Source of the DNA: Candidatus Pacearchaeota archaeon
GTDB taxonomy: Archaea; Nanobdellota; Nanobdellia; Pacearchaeales; GW2011-AR1
Length of the DNA stretch: 49,752 nucleotides
NCBI GenBank assembly: GCA_019662115.1
Contig: JAIFVW010000005.1
Coordinates: 1-49,752 of the forward strand
Reading direction: 5' to 3'
How positions within the stretch are numbered: position 1 is the stretch's first letter; every line of letters starts with the position of its first letter. The notes under the pieces were generated by a model. The model was not told where the DNA came from. It saw only the letters and a program-made list of their open reading frames with translations, and did no database searches. Below are positions 1 through 9,398 of the stretch, piece after piece. Both the position numbers and the translations under genes were made by a program.

Positions 1-312
1 GTTATTGATAAAGGAAAATACGGGATATATCACGCTTCATGTGAAGGAGGAGGAAGCAGGTTTGATGTAGCAAAGGCAATTTTAGAGATAAACGGTCTTG
101 AGAGTAATATCTCCCTAAATAAAGTAGATTCTACGCATTTCAAAAAGGATTATTATGCCCCACGTCCAAGGTCTGAGAAGCTTATCAACTCAAATTTAAA
201 ATCACTTGGAATAAACCTTAGCAGGGACTGGAGAGTGTGTCTCGAGGAATACATGAATAAATTTGACTGGCAAATTCCTAATGTTTATGATAAATCTCTT
301 CAAGCTGCTTAG
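1..312 (+). CDS. dTDP-4-dehydrorhamnose reductase-like (RfbD family) protein, C-terminal fragment; 5' end lies outside the window
   Basis: Frame +1 is open from base 1 to TAG at 310-312. It is absent from the ORF track because it has no start in the window. The translation ...GKYGIYHASCEGGGSRFDVAKAILE...YYAPRPRSEKLINSNLKSLGINLSRDW... follows the RfbD C-terminal pattern. It overlaps the convergent GT4 gene by 35 nt. Confidence 0.6.
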   Translation, partial: VIDKGKYGIYHASCEGGGSRFDVAKAILEINGLESNISLNKVDSTHFKKDYYAPRPRSEKLINSNLKSLGINLSRDWRVCLEEYMNKFDWQIPNVYDKSLQAA

Positions 313-1381
313 CGATATCTTTCCATAAGAATTCCTTCGCTTTCTTATGATTATTTTCTTGCATTTTCCTGCGTAATTTGTTATTGTCAATAATCTTTCT
401 TAAATTATCAAGCAAAGCTTTCTCATCATTATAATTGAATAGATATCCATTTTCCTCTTCATTAACTAGATATCTTCCCCCCTCTGTCTTTGTAGAGACA
501 ATTGCATTTTTTCTCGCCATAGCCTCAAGTACAACAATTCCAAATGCCTCCCATTGGCTGGGGAAAACAAAAATCTCAGAAGCATCAAGCAAAGCTTTCT
601 TTTCATCTTCAGAAACCTCTCCTGTAAATCTTATCTGCTTTTCGACCTTCAGTTCTTTTGCAATTTTAGCCAGTCTTTCTCTGTCTCCGGAATCTTTTCC
701 TATCATTATGAATAAAACATCTTTCAGCTGAGGAAGAACCTTTATGACTTGATCCAATCCCTTATACTCCTGTATCCTCCCTAAATATGAGATGACGAAT
801 TTATTGAATCTGTATTTTTTCCTGGAATTCTTAAACATGTCTTCACTTATTCCATTAGGCAAGAATTTTATCTTATTTCTTGGGATATTATAATCTTTCC
901 TCATCCACGTATGTTGATATGGATTGACCTGAATTATAGTATCATAATATTTCAATGAGCTTCTTATGAATGGAGTATATAATTTTTTAAACAACATTCC
1001 AAGTAAGTTGTATTTTCCTAAGGCCATGAAGGGGCCATGAGGAGTACATACAATCTTTGTGTTAGGAAACTTTCTCTTTAATTTCCTTACAGCAAGGTCA
1101 TGCTGGATGAATCCAATGCCATGTACATGGAGAATATCGAGCCTATGCTCTTGCAGCTTTCTTGTAATGGAAGGATAAAACCCAAGATAGTATTTTATCC
1201 TGAATAATTCCTTGCTCCTATGAACATGAATTCCATCAATAACATCATCTGATTCTTTATCTCCAGAGCAGAAAACGTGGACTTCATGCCTTTTCGCAAG
1301 CTCCCTTGCAAGGAAATAGCAGTTGTTTTCGGCCCCACCAGTTTTAGGGTAAAAATAAGTGATCAAGAAGCCAATTTTCAT
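278..1381 (-). CDS. Glycosyltransferase, GT-B fold (family 4-like)
   Basis: 367-aa ORF. N-terminus reads YPKTGGAENNCYFLARELAKRHEVHVF. The C-terminal EX7E-type motif is FVFPSQWEAFGIVVLEAMA, typical of GT4 enzymes. Confidence 0.8.
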   Translation of the reverse strand: MKIGFLITYFYPKTGGAENNCYFLARELAKRHEVHVFCSGDKESDDVIDGIHVHRSKELFRIKYYLGFYPSITRKLQEHRLDILHVHGIGFIQHDLAVRKLKRKFPNTKIVCTPHGPFMALGKYNLLGMLFKKLYTPFIRSSLKYYDTIIQVNPYQHTWMRKDYNIPRNKIKFLPNGISEDMFKNSRKKYRFNKFVISYLGRIQEYKGLDQVIKVLPQLKDVLFIMIGKDSGDRERLAKIAKELKVEKQIRFTGEVSEDEKKALLDASEIFVFPSQWEAFGIVVLEAMARKNAIVSTKTEGGRYLVNEEENGYLFNYNDEKALLDNLRKIIDNNKLRRKMQENNHKKAKEFLWKDIAKQLEEIYHKH

Positions 1382-1431
1382 GCTTTTCTTGGGACAATCA
1401 TATTTAAAAAGTTACCTTCGTTTTTTAGGCA

Positions 1432-1959
1432 ATGGTTGAAAAGCTCAATCTTGGATGCGGAACAGACATTCGGCCTGGATACATAAATCTCGATAGCTAC
1501 AAATTCAAGGGCGTTGACAAGGTATGGGACATAAATAAGACTCCTTTACCATTTAAGGACAATACATTCAAAGAAGTCATAATAAGCCATGTTCTTGAGC
1601 ATGTCAATGATGTAGTAAAAACTATGGAAGAAGTCTGGAGGATATCTAAGCCTGGAGCTGTAATCGACATAGGAGTTCCCTATTTTAGCAGTCTTAATAT
1701 GGTAAAAGACCCCACCCACAAACATTTTTTTGCAGCAGCCACCTTCGATTTTTTTGAGCGCGGAAAATTAGGCAACTATTTCGACAAATCTTCAAAAATA
1801 AACTTCAAGATAATTAAAAGGACTATAATCTATAGCAATAATAGTTTTCTTAAGATCTTTAATCCACTAGTTAATCTTAGCCAAAAATTCTACGAGAGAT
1901 TCTTTGCATACATATTTCCCTCTCAAGTCTTAGAAGTTAAACTAAAAGTTGTAAAATGA
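1432..1959 (+). CDS. Class I SAM-dependent methyltransferase
   Basis: 175 aa. LNLGCGTD matches SAM motif I, and FKEVIISHVLEHV resembles a Methyltransf_11 core. It is first in a +strand operon divergent from the GT4 gene. Confidence 0.7.
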   Translation: MVEKLNLGCGTDIRPGYINLDSYKFKGVDKVWDINKTPLPFKDNTFKEVIISHVLEHVNDVVKTMEEVWRISKPGAVIDIGVPYFSSLNMVKDPTHKHFFAAATFDFFERGKLGNYFDKSSKINFKIIKRTIIYSNNSFLKIFNPLVNLSQKFYERFFAYIFPSQVLEVKLKVVK

Positions 1960-2906
1960 AGAGTTTAAGAAAACAGCCATTAGTAGGAATTATAATAGTC
2001 AATTGGAACAAGAAAGAAATGACTGCTGAGTGTCTAAACTCTTTAAAAAAGACAACTTACAAAAATTACAAGGTAATTCTTATAGATAATGGGTCCACAG
2101 ATGGAAGCGTTGAATACCTCAAAAAGATTAATCCTAAAATGGCAGTTATCAAACTTAAGAGAAACTACGGTTACACAGAGGGCACAAATGTCGGCTGGAA
2201 ATATGCTATGAAGAAAATGAAGGCAGATTACATCTGTGTTATGGATAATGATATTGTCACGGTGCAGCCACAATGGCTTGATCTCATTATGAATGAGCTT
2301 GTAAAGTCTCCTAAAAATGGACTTGGAAGCGGAAAGCATACTTTTCCTGATGGAAGACTGCAGACCCCTTATGTGGGAGCAGATGCCTCATATAAAAAAG
2401 ATACAGGCAAATATGACTTTGTTAAGGAAGTTGAAGCTTTTGTCGGGCCTGCGATGGTTATCAGCCGGGCAGTAATAGAAAAAATAGGATTTTATGATGA
2501 AAATTTCTTTTATGGCCCTAATGATCTAGATTTCTGTTTCAGGGCAAGGAAAGCAGGATTCAAGATAATTTATAACGGAAAGTCTCACTCAGTTCATATT
2601 GGAAGTGCTTCTGGGCTATCTCCTGCTAAAGACTATATTTACAGGCACCAGAGCGAAGGAATGATGATTTATTCATTCCGTTATGGATCGATTGGAGAAA
2701 AGTTAGGGATGGCTCTCCGCCAGTTGTCAAGAGCACTTTTCACTAGAAGAATAACTACCTCTCCTATATCATTTAGAAATACTATTATTCACTGGACCTT
2801 TCCTAAACGCCTAGTCTTCTACACTATATCATTATATCATGCATTGTTGAATTACAAAAAGGTAAAGACAAGTGATGAACCAGAAAAAATATCAGGGATA
2901 GAGTAG
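1956..2906 (+). CDS. Glycosyltransferase family 2 (GT-A fold)
   Basis: 316 aa. VGIIIVNWNKKE...VILIDNGSTDGS plus a VMDNDI (DxD) motif. The start overlaps the upstream stop (ATGA). Confidence 0.8.
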   Translation: MKSLRKQPLVGIIIVNWNKKEMTAECLNSLKKTTYKNYKVILIDNGSTDGSVEYLKKINPKMAVIKLKRNYGYTEGTNVGWKYAMKKMKADYICVMDNDIVTVQPQWLDLIMNELVKSPKNGLGSGKHTFPDGRLQTPYVGADASYKKDTGKYDFVKEVEAFVGPAMVISRAVIEKIGFYDENFFYGPNDLDFCFRARKAGFKIIYNGKSHSVHIGSASGLSPAKDYIYRHQSEGMMIYSFRYGSIGEKLGMALRQLSRALFTRRITTSPISFRNTIIHWTFPKRLVFYTISLYHALLNYKKVKTSDEPEKISGIE

Positions 2907-3749
2907 ATGGTGTATGCTTCAGTTGTCATTCCTGCTTATAATGAAGAAAGATATATCAAAAAAGCTCTTTCTTCCCTGAAAGAACAATCTTACAAAGACT
3001 TTGAGATAATTGTTGTTGATGATGGTTCAACAGACAGGACAAGAGATATAGTAAAAGCTTTCAAGGGCGTAAGGCTGCTTCAGGGCACGCATAAAGGTCC
3101 TGGAGCATCAAGAAATCTTGGAGCTTCAAATGCAAAAGGAGAGATTCTTGTATTTGTAGATGCTGACATGACTTTTGATAAAGATTATCTAAAAGAGTTG
3201 CTAAATCCCTTGAAAAAAGAAAAGAAATTGATAGGAACTAGCCATGGTTATGAATTTGCAACTAATCTGTCAAACAGATGGGCTGCGCTTTGGGGAAAAG
3301 TTCGATCAGATCCAAAAGATTTACATGTAATATTTAGAGCAATAAGGAAAAAAATCTTTCAAGAGAAGGGTGGCTTTGATCCAAAATATGGATATGCAGA
3401 TGATCAAACTCTCTGGTTAAAATATCATTTAAAGCCTAAAGCTGTTCCAGAAGCAATATGTTATCATAGGAACCCAGAAAGTCTAAGAGAAGTCTATCGC
3501 CAAAGTAAATGGATAGGTTCGTCTCTTAGGCTAATATCCTATCCATTTTCATTTCTAAATTATATTCTTCCTCTTTTTTTAGTTCTTGCCTTGCCCTTTG
3601 CAGTCTTATTTCTCTCTGTTCGCAAATCGTATAAAAATAGAAATCTGAGAAGTCTCATACCCTGGATGATCATATTTATGGCTGTGAGATACTGGGGAAC
3701 CCTATCTGGAATAGTACAAAAGGTATACCAAGGAAAAAATACTCGCTAG
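2907..3749 (+). CDS. Glycosyltransferase family 2 with C-terminal membrane anchor
   Basis: 280 aa. SVVIPAYNEERYI...IIVVDDGSTDRT...LVFVDADM, with two hydrophobic helices at the C-terminus. It starts directly after the previous stop. Confidence 0.8.
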   Translation: MVYASVVIPAYNEERYIKKALSSLKEQSYKDFEIIVVDDGSTDRTRDIVKAFKGVRLLQGTHKGPGASRNLGASNAKGEILVFVDADMTFDKDYLKELLNPLKKEKKLIGTSHGYEFATNLSNRWAALWGKVRSDPKDLHVIFRAIRKKIFQEKGGFDPKYGYADDQTLWLKYHLKPKAVPEAICYHRNPESLREVYRQSKWIGSSLRLISYPFSFLNYILPLFLVLALPFAVLFLSVRKSYKNRNLRSLIPWMIIFMAVRYWGTLSGIVQKVYQGKNTR

Positions 3750-6430
3750 CTGGAGTAAAAAGGATGAGGAATATTAAGAGGAAGAATAATGCATGTGCTG
3801 ACATTTTCTGATGATTCATTGCCCATTATGGAAATATTTCCACTTACATCTTTTTTGATAGCAATTTCTCCATACATATAGAGACTTTTTCCTTGTTTAT
3901 CTTTTAAGGAAGATGGAATAATCCTGACTGAGGCACGATTAGGCACAGTCAATTGAGAGGTCAGGGAAATTTTCTCAATAGTAAATATTTGTGTTTGATT
4001 CATGTAAATGGGGCGAGTGATGTATAGGGGAGATGTACAGCTCTCGTTCGTTTCGCTTGGTGTGAATGCAAAAGCGACATTTTCTCCTGAAATCTCTCTG
4101 AAAACCATAACCGGACGTTTTGCCTTTAATGATTCTTTGAAAGAGGAATAATAACTGATAAATAAGTTAATTTTCTCTGCTGTTAATGATGACTTATTGG
4201 AAGGGGATGAAACATTTACATTATCTAGAATAAGTGATCCGATAAATGGATTGACCGAAAGACTTGAAATATGGGTATAGAGATGAGTTCTCCCGTTTAC
4301 AAGATCTTCTACATTTCCAGGCCGAATGAACAAGATAAACCCAACAATCATTAAGGTAGCAATTAAGATAATTAATCCAAGAACGATATACCTTCTCCTA
4401 GGAAACTTTAGTCTTGATATTCGGGATCCAATTGGTAGAAGCATTTCATAAATTTTGTTCTTAATTCTAACAAAAACTATCAATAGTAATAACAACCCAA
4501 GGGAAAATACAATTCCAACACTTATTCCACTAGGCCAATATGATAATCTAACTGTATGACTTCCTGCTGGAATAAATAGTTTCATTCTGCCTAAACTATC
4601 GTTAGTAATTAAGGCTCTATTGCCATCAACTCTTGCATAATATCCGGGCTTAAAGAGAAAATTAAGGGTAATATTATTGCTGGAGGAAAAACTAGTATTA
4701 AATGTAACTCCACTATCAATCATCTTATAGGGAATAGCTGAATCTGAGAAAACATAGCTTCTTGATCCTGGAACAAGAAGAACCAGTACTTTATCCTGAT
4801 ACAATTTGGTTAGATTAGAAAGCTCTGGATGTGAAGGCAAACTATCTCTAGGTATAATGATATACTTCACCCCATATTCTGCAATGCGGGAAATATTCAG
4901 CTTGATATCAGAAACACCAAACCTTGCAACCGGAATGTTTTCACCAGTTAATTTGTCACTAAACGGTTCATATCCTCCAATACTATCTATCCCATAATAA
5001 GTCGCGAAGTCCTGAGATAATAGCGGCGCTTCAGGAAAGTTAGATGTTGGGGTGGAAAACTTGATTCTCTGGGGATTTACAGAGCTGTTTGTAAAGACGC
5101 TTATAACTCTGCCTTCAGATATATTGTATGGCAATTTACCTAAAGGAATGCTGTCTCCATAATAGGCCCATGCAACTGATGTGCTTACTATTATATGATA
5201 GACAATAAGAAGTGCAAAGAAGGTTAAAAAAACTCCAATAACCGTTTTGCTTTTTATTTTTTCAAGCAGAGGAGATGCAGCAATTGCTCCATAAGAGATT
5301 ACAAAGAAGTGAACAAAGAAGGTTATTTTGAATGAAGATGTAAAATTCTTTATAATAGGAAGGAATGCTCCTATAAGATAAATAAGGCCTATGTATCCGA
5401 AACTCAATATTATTGCCAAAATACCCAGCCATAATAAGGGATGAGCCTTTCTAAGAGATTTTCCTCCATATATTTTGAATGAATTAAATAATCCGGCTAA
5501 GAATAATAAGAAAAAAAGTGTTCCAGCATAATAAATATGAATAAATGCGGGAGAGGAGTATGAGAATACATTTGAACTTTTAACAAAAGGGTATACAAAT
5601 AGTGAACCAAGAACAAATTCATGTGGAAACGCAGGCAGGCTTAGTGCATAGTTGATTATCCCATTATTTCCCCTTGCAGAATCTCTTATAACATATAATT
5701 GAGAAATCAAAAGAGGCCCCGCAATGATGAGAGTTATGACTAATGAAATAATATATTTTTCTATATGACTTCCACTCTTTTTCCACTTGTTCTGATATAA
5801 TGTCAGCCATCCATACAACAATTCAAAAAGACATGCAAATGCAAAATATTGTGCGTTCCCCGCATAGAAGTAAATTCCCCTAGTAATCCCAAGCCAAATA
5901 GTAAACTTCAGGCCTTTTTTATTTAGCTTATCATGTAGCAGGAAAATCAATGGCATAAATACAACACCAGGAATAACATAATACCAGCTGGCACTTGCAA
6001 TTAAAACATATCCAGAAAAAACGAATGCAATTCCAGCTAGGAAGGAAATGAGGCTATTCTTGGTCTTTGGAATAAGAAAATAAAACGTGGCAACAAATCC
6101 AGCAACAAGGTGCAATAGAACGAATATCTCAAAAAGTAAAAAGTCGTTGTGAAAGACATAATGTGCTAAAAAGTAAGAAAGAATCATTGGAGGATAAAGA
6201 ACAGCATAAGTTCCAACCTCAAAAATCCTTGATCCCGTATACTGATGAAAGTTTAAGAGAGGAAAACTGCCATGGAAGAGTTGTTTCATCCCTTCAAGAG
6301 TTATAGGAAGGAATTGTGCAAGGTTATCATCTTTGGTAAAGTTGTAAGGATGAACATACTCTATCAATCCAAATAAGGCACAAACTATTACTATTCCAAT
6401 TATAATATAGGTATTTTTGTTCATTTTCAC
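3746..6430 (-). CDS. Large polytopic membrane protein, candidate GT-C glycosyltransferase (YfhO-like layout)
   Basis: 894 aa. About 13 TM helices lie in the first ~420 aa, followed by a ~200-aa soluble block rich in N-x-S/T sequons. Two more TM helices and a ~180-aa C-terminal domain follow. It is last in the long minus-strand glycan operon. The family assignment rests on architecture only. Confidence 0.4.
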   Translation of the reverse strand: MKMNKNTYIIIGIVIVCALFGLIEYVHPYNFTKDDNLAQFLPITLEGMKQLFHGSFPLLNFHQYTGSRIFEVGTYAVLYPPMILSYFLAHYVFHNDFLLFEIFVLLHLVAGFVATFYFLIPKTKNSLISFLAGIAFVFSGYVLIASASWYYVIPGVVFMPLIFLLHDKLNKKGLKFTIWLGITRGIYFYAGNAQYFAFACLFELLYGWLTLYQNKWKKSGSHIEKYIISLVITLIIAGPLLISQLYVIRDSARGNNGIINYALSLPAFPHEFVLGSLFVYPFVKSSNVFSYSSPAFIHIYYAGTLFFLLFLAGLFNSFKIYGGKSLRKAHPLLWLGILAIILSFGYIGLIYLIGAFLPIIKNFTSSFKITFFVHFFVISYGAIAASPLLEKIKSKTVIGVFLTFFALLIVYHIIVSTSVAWAYYGDSIPLGKLPYNISEGRVISVFTNSSVNPQRIKFSTPTSNFPEAPLLSQDFATYYGIDSIGGYEPFSDKLTGENIPVARFGVSDIKLNISRIAEYGVKYIIIPRDSLPSHPELSNLTKLYQDKVLVLLVPGSRSYVFSDSAIPYKMIDSGVTFNTSFSSSNNITLNFLFKPGYYARVDGNRALITNDSLGRMKLFIPAGSHTVRLSYWPSGISVGIVFSLGLLLLLIVFVRIKNKIYEMLLPIGSRISRLKFPRRRYIVLGLIILIATLMIVGFILFIRPGNVEDLVNGRTHLYTHISSLSVNPFIGSLILDNVNVSSPSNKSSLTAEKINLFISYYSSFKESLKAKRPVMVFREISGENVAFAFTPSETNESCTSPLYITRPIYMNQTQIFTIEKISLTSQLTVPNRASVRIIPSSLKDKQGKSLYMYGEIAIKKDVSGNISIMGNESSENVSTCIILPLNIPHPFYSS

Positions 6431-7047
6431 TTAACAATGCCAGAATTTTCCCACAAAGGAACGAACTTTTCATCAGTCATGACAGCATCAAGCTTGAACC
6501 CTAGTTCCTTTATGTATTCTATGTATCGTGGAATGTCTTGAGGCCTTCCCCATCTTTCAGGGCATACAAGACAGGTCTTAAACGGCTTTAATCGATTTAC
6601 AATATCATGTGTAAGAGGTAGAACAGTATTTGTGTCGATCCATACCCAATCAAGTAATGGCTTGGCATCTTTTATCTGAGCTTCTACCATCTCAATTGGC
6701 TCTGCCTCACTGTAACGCACGGCAATCTTTCTTACTCCTTCTTTTCGTGTAGCTCTATAAATGTAAGGAAATTCGACATCAAGCAAGAAATAGTTCCCGA
6801 TATTGTGTTTATTTGCTAAATCTATAATCCTACTTTCATATCCAGCTTCCTTGACGTTGAATATGATAAATGCATGATGGAATTCTCTCAAATAGTCTTC
6901 AAGCCCATCATACTTTGAGGGCTTATCAATAGGATCGTGATTTAACAGCATCTTATCTCCATATCCCCTAATATCAATTTCAACTCCGTATTGAGAGGGA
7001 ACTTTCCTCAAACCTTCAATCGTATTGATTCGATGTCGGATTATCAC
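6427..7047 (-). CDS. GDPD/PI-PLC-like phosphodiesterase (TIM-barrel) family protein
   Basis: 206 aa. MIIRHRINTIEGL...YGVEIDIRGYGDKMLLNHDP matches the glycerophosphodiester phosphodiesterase pattern HR...E-D-R...HD. It has a 4-nt overlap with the downstream gene. Confidence 0.4.
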   Translation of the reverse strand: MIIRHRINTIEGLRKVPSQYGVEIDIRGYGDKMLLNHDPIDKPSKYDGLEDYLREFHHAFIIFNVKEAGYESRIIDLANKHNIGNYFLLDVEFPYIYRATRKEGVRKIAVRYSEAEPIEMVEAQIKDAKPLLDWVWIDTNTVLPLTHDIVNRLKPFKTCLVCPERWGRPQDIPRYIEYIKELGFKLDAVMTDEKFVPLWENSGIVK

Positions 7048-7081
7048 TTTATCGGCTACAACTAGACTTATTTAAGCTTTA

Positions 7082-7792
7082 TTACTGCCCGTAGTAGGCT
7101 TTTCCGCCATGTTTTCTTAGATAATGCTTGTCATGGAGATATGACGGAATAGGCTTGATTTTCGAATTAAGCCCAAGTGTTATGAAATTCATTTCAGCAA
7201 CTTTTTCAAGAGCTACCGCGTTCCTTAGTGCTTCCGATAATGTTCTTCCCCATGCAAAAAGCCCATGATGCTGTAAAAGGCATGCTGGAACTTCCAAAGG
7301 ATTGATATTGTTTTTCTTGAATGTTTCCACAATTGCTTTTCCCAAGTTAGCCTCATAGTCTTTTTCCACAAGCTCTTTCTTCAATACAGGAACGACTGGA
7401 ATAGGTCCGTAAAAGTAGTCTGCATGAGTAGTTCCCAAACAATCAATAGGAACTCCCGCCTGTGCAAAGCTCGAAGAATAATTAGCATGTGCATGTACAA
7501 TTGCACAAACATCCTTGAAATTCCTATAAATTTCCAGGTGAATTGGAGTATCAACACTAGGTTTTCTTGCTCCCTCTAAAGGATACCCTTGTATATTGAC
7601 CACAACAACATCCTGAGGGGTTAGAGAAGGATAAGGAACGCCGCTTGGCTTAATGGCCACACATGACCTGCTTTTGTCAATACCACTTACATTTCCTAGA
7701 GTAAGTGATGCCTCTTCTCTTCCTACAAGCCCAAGGCGAACGATCTCTTTATTCGCCCTCATGACATCGAATCTCAACTCCTTTAAAATCAT
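7082..7792 (-). CDS. araD: L-ribulose-5-phosphate 4-epimerase (class II aldolase/adducin family)
   Basis: 236 aa, collinear with E. coli AraD as I recall it. Shared blocks are WGNVS-like LGNVSGIDKSR..VAIKPSGV, PSVDTPIH, IVHAHANY, GTTHADYFYGPIP, HHGLFAWG and the C-terminal LHDKHYLRKHGGKAYYGQ. Confidence 0.85.
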   Translation of the reverse strand: MILKELRFDVMRANKEIVRLGLVGREEASLTLGNVSGIDKSRSCVAIKPSGVPYPSLTPQDVVVVNIQGYPLEGARKPSVDTPIHLEIYRNFKDVCAIVHAHANYSSSFAQAGVPIDCLGTTHADYFYGPIPVVPVLKKELVEKDYEANLGKAIVETFKKNNINPLEVPACLLQHHGLFAWGRTLSEALRNAVALEKVAEMNFITLGLNSKIKPIPSYLHDKHYLRKHGGKAYYGQ

Positions 7793-7855
7793 AAAAATGA
7801 GGATTGCTGATCCTATTAAAGGCTTTCTTTAGATTTTCATATAAAAGAGTAGTGA

Positions 7856-8575
7856 CTATTGCTTAAGCTTCTTTTTCAATTCAAATGTAAACTTGATTGT
7901 TCTTTTGATAAATTTAAATCTGGCTTTCATTCCAGTATTCCATGCACTTTTACCATGAATCCTTTTCCCAAAAAACACAGGTAATCTCTTAATTTCATAG
8001 CCATTTTTTCTTGCAAGATAATAAGAATACAGATCGAATGAAAAGTCGTGTGGAGGATCTCTCATAAGTTTAAGGAAAGAATGATGGAACAGGTTAGGTT
8101 GGGCGTTTATATCATACAGTTTTTGCCCAAGGACAAAAGTTTCAAAGATAGACATTCCAAGAGTATTGATTAGAGTGTCTAGTATTGGTCTTCCGTATCT
8201 TTTGCCTTTAACATATGTCTTCTGTGGGTTTTTGCTATTTTTCATTAAATTATATGCTTTAATAGTATCTTGTGGATCAGTCTGAAGATCAGCATGAGTC
8301 CAGCAAAGAAACTCTCCCTTGGATTCCTTTAGACCATTATATATGGAAATACCATAACCTCTCTGGGTAGTAAAGAGATTTTTCATGAATCTATTCTTTT
8401 TAGCGTATTTTGCAAGTTCATCTCTTGTTTTGTCCTGGCTTCCTGAATCTTCTACAAAAATAACCTCAATATCAATTTTTTTGGCTATCTCTGAATATTT
8501 TTCAACAATTAATTTAATATTCTTCTCCTCATTGAATACAGGTAGCACAATAGAGATTTTAGGAATAGTTTTCAA
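7856..8575 (-). CDS. Polyprenol-phosphate glycosyltransferase (GT2, DPM1/GtrB/ArnC-like)
   Basis: 239 aa. ISIVLPVFNEEKNI...VIFVEDSGSQDKT...THADLQTDP follows the short soluble DPM1-like GT2 layout. Confidence 0.7.
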   Translation of the reverse strand: MKTIPKISIVLPVFNEEKNIKLIVEKYSEIAKKIDIEVIFVEDSGSQDKTRDELAKYAKKNRFMKNLFTTQRGYGISIYNGLKESKGEFLCWTHADLQTDPQDTIKAYNLMKNSKNPQKTYVKGKRYGRPILDTLINTLGMSIFETFVLGQKLYDINAQPNLFHHSFLKLMRDPPHDFSFDLYSYYLARKNGYEIKRLPVFFGKRIHGKSAWNTGMKARFKFIKRTIKFTFELKKKLKQ

Positions 8576-9383
8576 AGTATTTGTTCCAGAGAGCTTGTTC
8601 GTGCTTGCTCATATTTATTTTGTTTAAATCTCCTAATTTATAGAAATAGGAAATCTTTTCAAATTCATGAAATTCTTGAGGCGTTCCCCATCCAACTAGA
8701 AGATCCACATCAAAAATGCAGCTTTTCTTGCCAAGCAAATTTAAGGCTAAAGGCAAATTGTCAAGGTAATATTCATTGTTTGTCTTTATGTTATCACTCA
8801 TCATTTTTCTAATTCCGTCATAAAGGATTTTCTTGGAACGGATCCAGAAGGTTGCAGCCACAACGTGATCATTAAAGGGATTGTCAGAAATTGGAACTTT
8901 GACGCTCATATCCTTTATTGTCTTTCCATCATGATCAAGAACGGCATATCCCCACGCTTTAGGGTTTGCAGAAATACGCTGGTCTTTTGTAAACGTCCAT
9001 AAAATACAGTCGTATTTTGGATCTTTCTTCAAAGATTCGTATTTATTTTCATCATAAACAAAACCCATGTCACATCCAGCAATAAATACTTCATCATCAT
9101 CTTTAATATATTGTTCTGCACAGAATATGCTTGCTCCTCCAAGAAGATCTTTATCTACAGTTATTATTGCATTAGGAATTTTCTCTTTTATTGCCTTGTG
9201 AATGTGAAATTCATCAATATGCTCCTGTCGAACAACAAAAATCCATGTATCGCTCTCTGGCAAGCAGTCTATTACTTTCCATATCATAGGATCTCCATCA
9301 ATGGGGATAAGAGGTTTAGGGAGTATATATCCAGCTTCAGAAAATCGTTTTCCTCTTCCCGCCATTGTAACGAGATTTGCCAT
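8559..9383 (-). CDS. Sugar-phosphate nucleotidyltransferase-like protein
   Basis: 274 aa. The N-terminal MAGRGKRFSEAGYILPKPLIPI is the G-x-G-x-R...K-P pyrophosphorylase signature. It has a 17-nt overlap with the downstream GT2. Confidence 0.55.
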   Translation of the reverse strand: MANLVTMAGRGKRFSEAGYILPKPLIPIDGDPMIWKVIDCLPESDTWIFVVRQEHIDEFHIHKAIKEKIPNAIITVDKDLLGGASIFCAEQYIKDDDEVFIAGCDMGFVYDENKYESLKKDPKYDCILWTFTKDQRISANPKAWGYAVLDHDGKTIKDMSVKVPISDNPFNDHVVAATFWIRSKKILYDGIRKMMSDNIKTNNEYYLDNLPLALNLLGKKSCIFDVDLLVGWGTPQEFHEFEKISYFYKLGDLNKINMSKHEQALWNKYFENYS

Positions 9384-9398
9384 ATTTACGTATCCTGT

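Noticed and set aside
202-731. ORFs 202-390 (-) and 435-731 (+)
   Set aside because: Both are fully nested in alternative frames or antisense to the GT4 gene and the RfbD-like fragment, which carry real family signatures.
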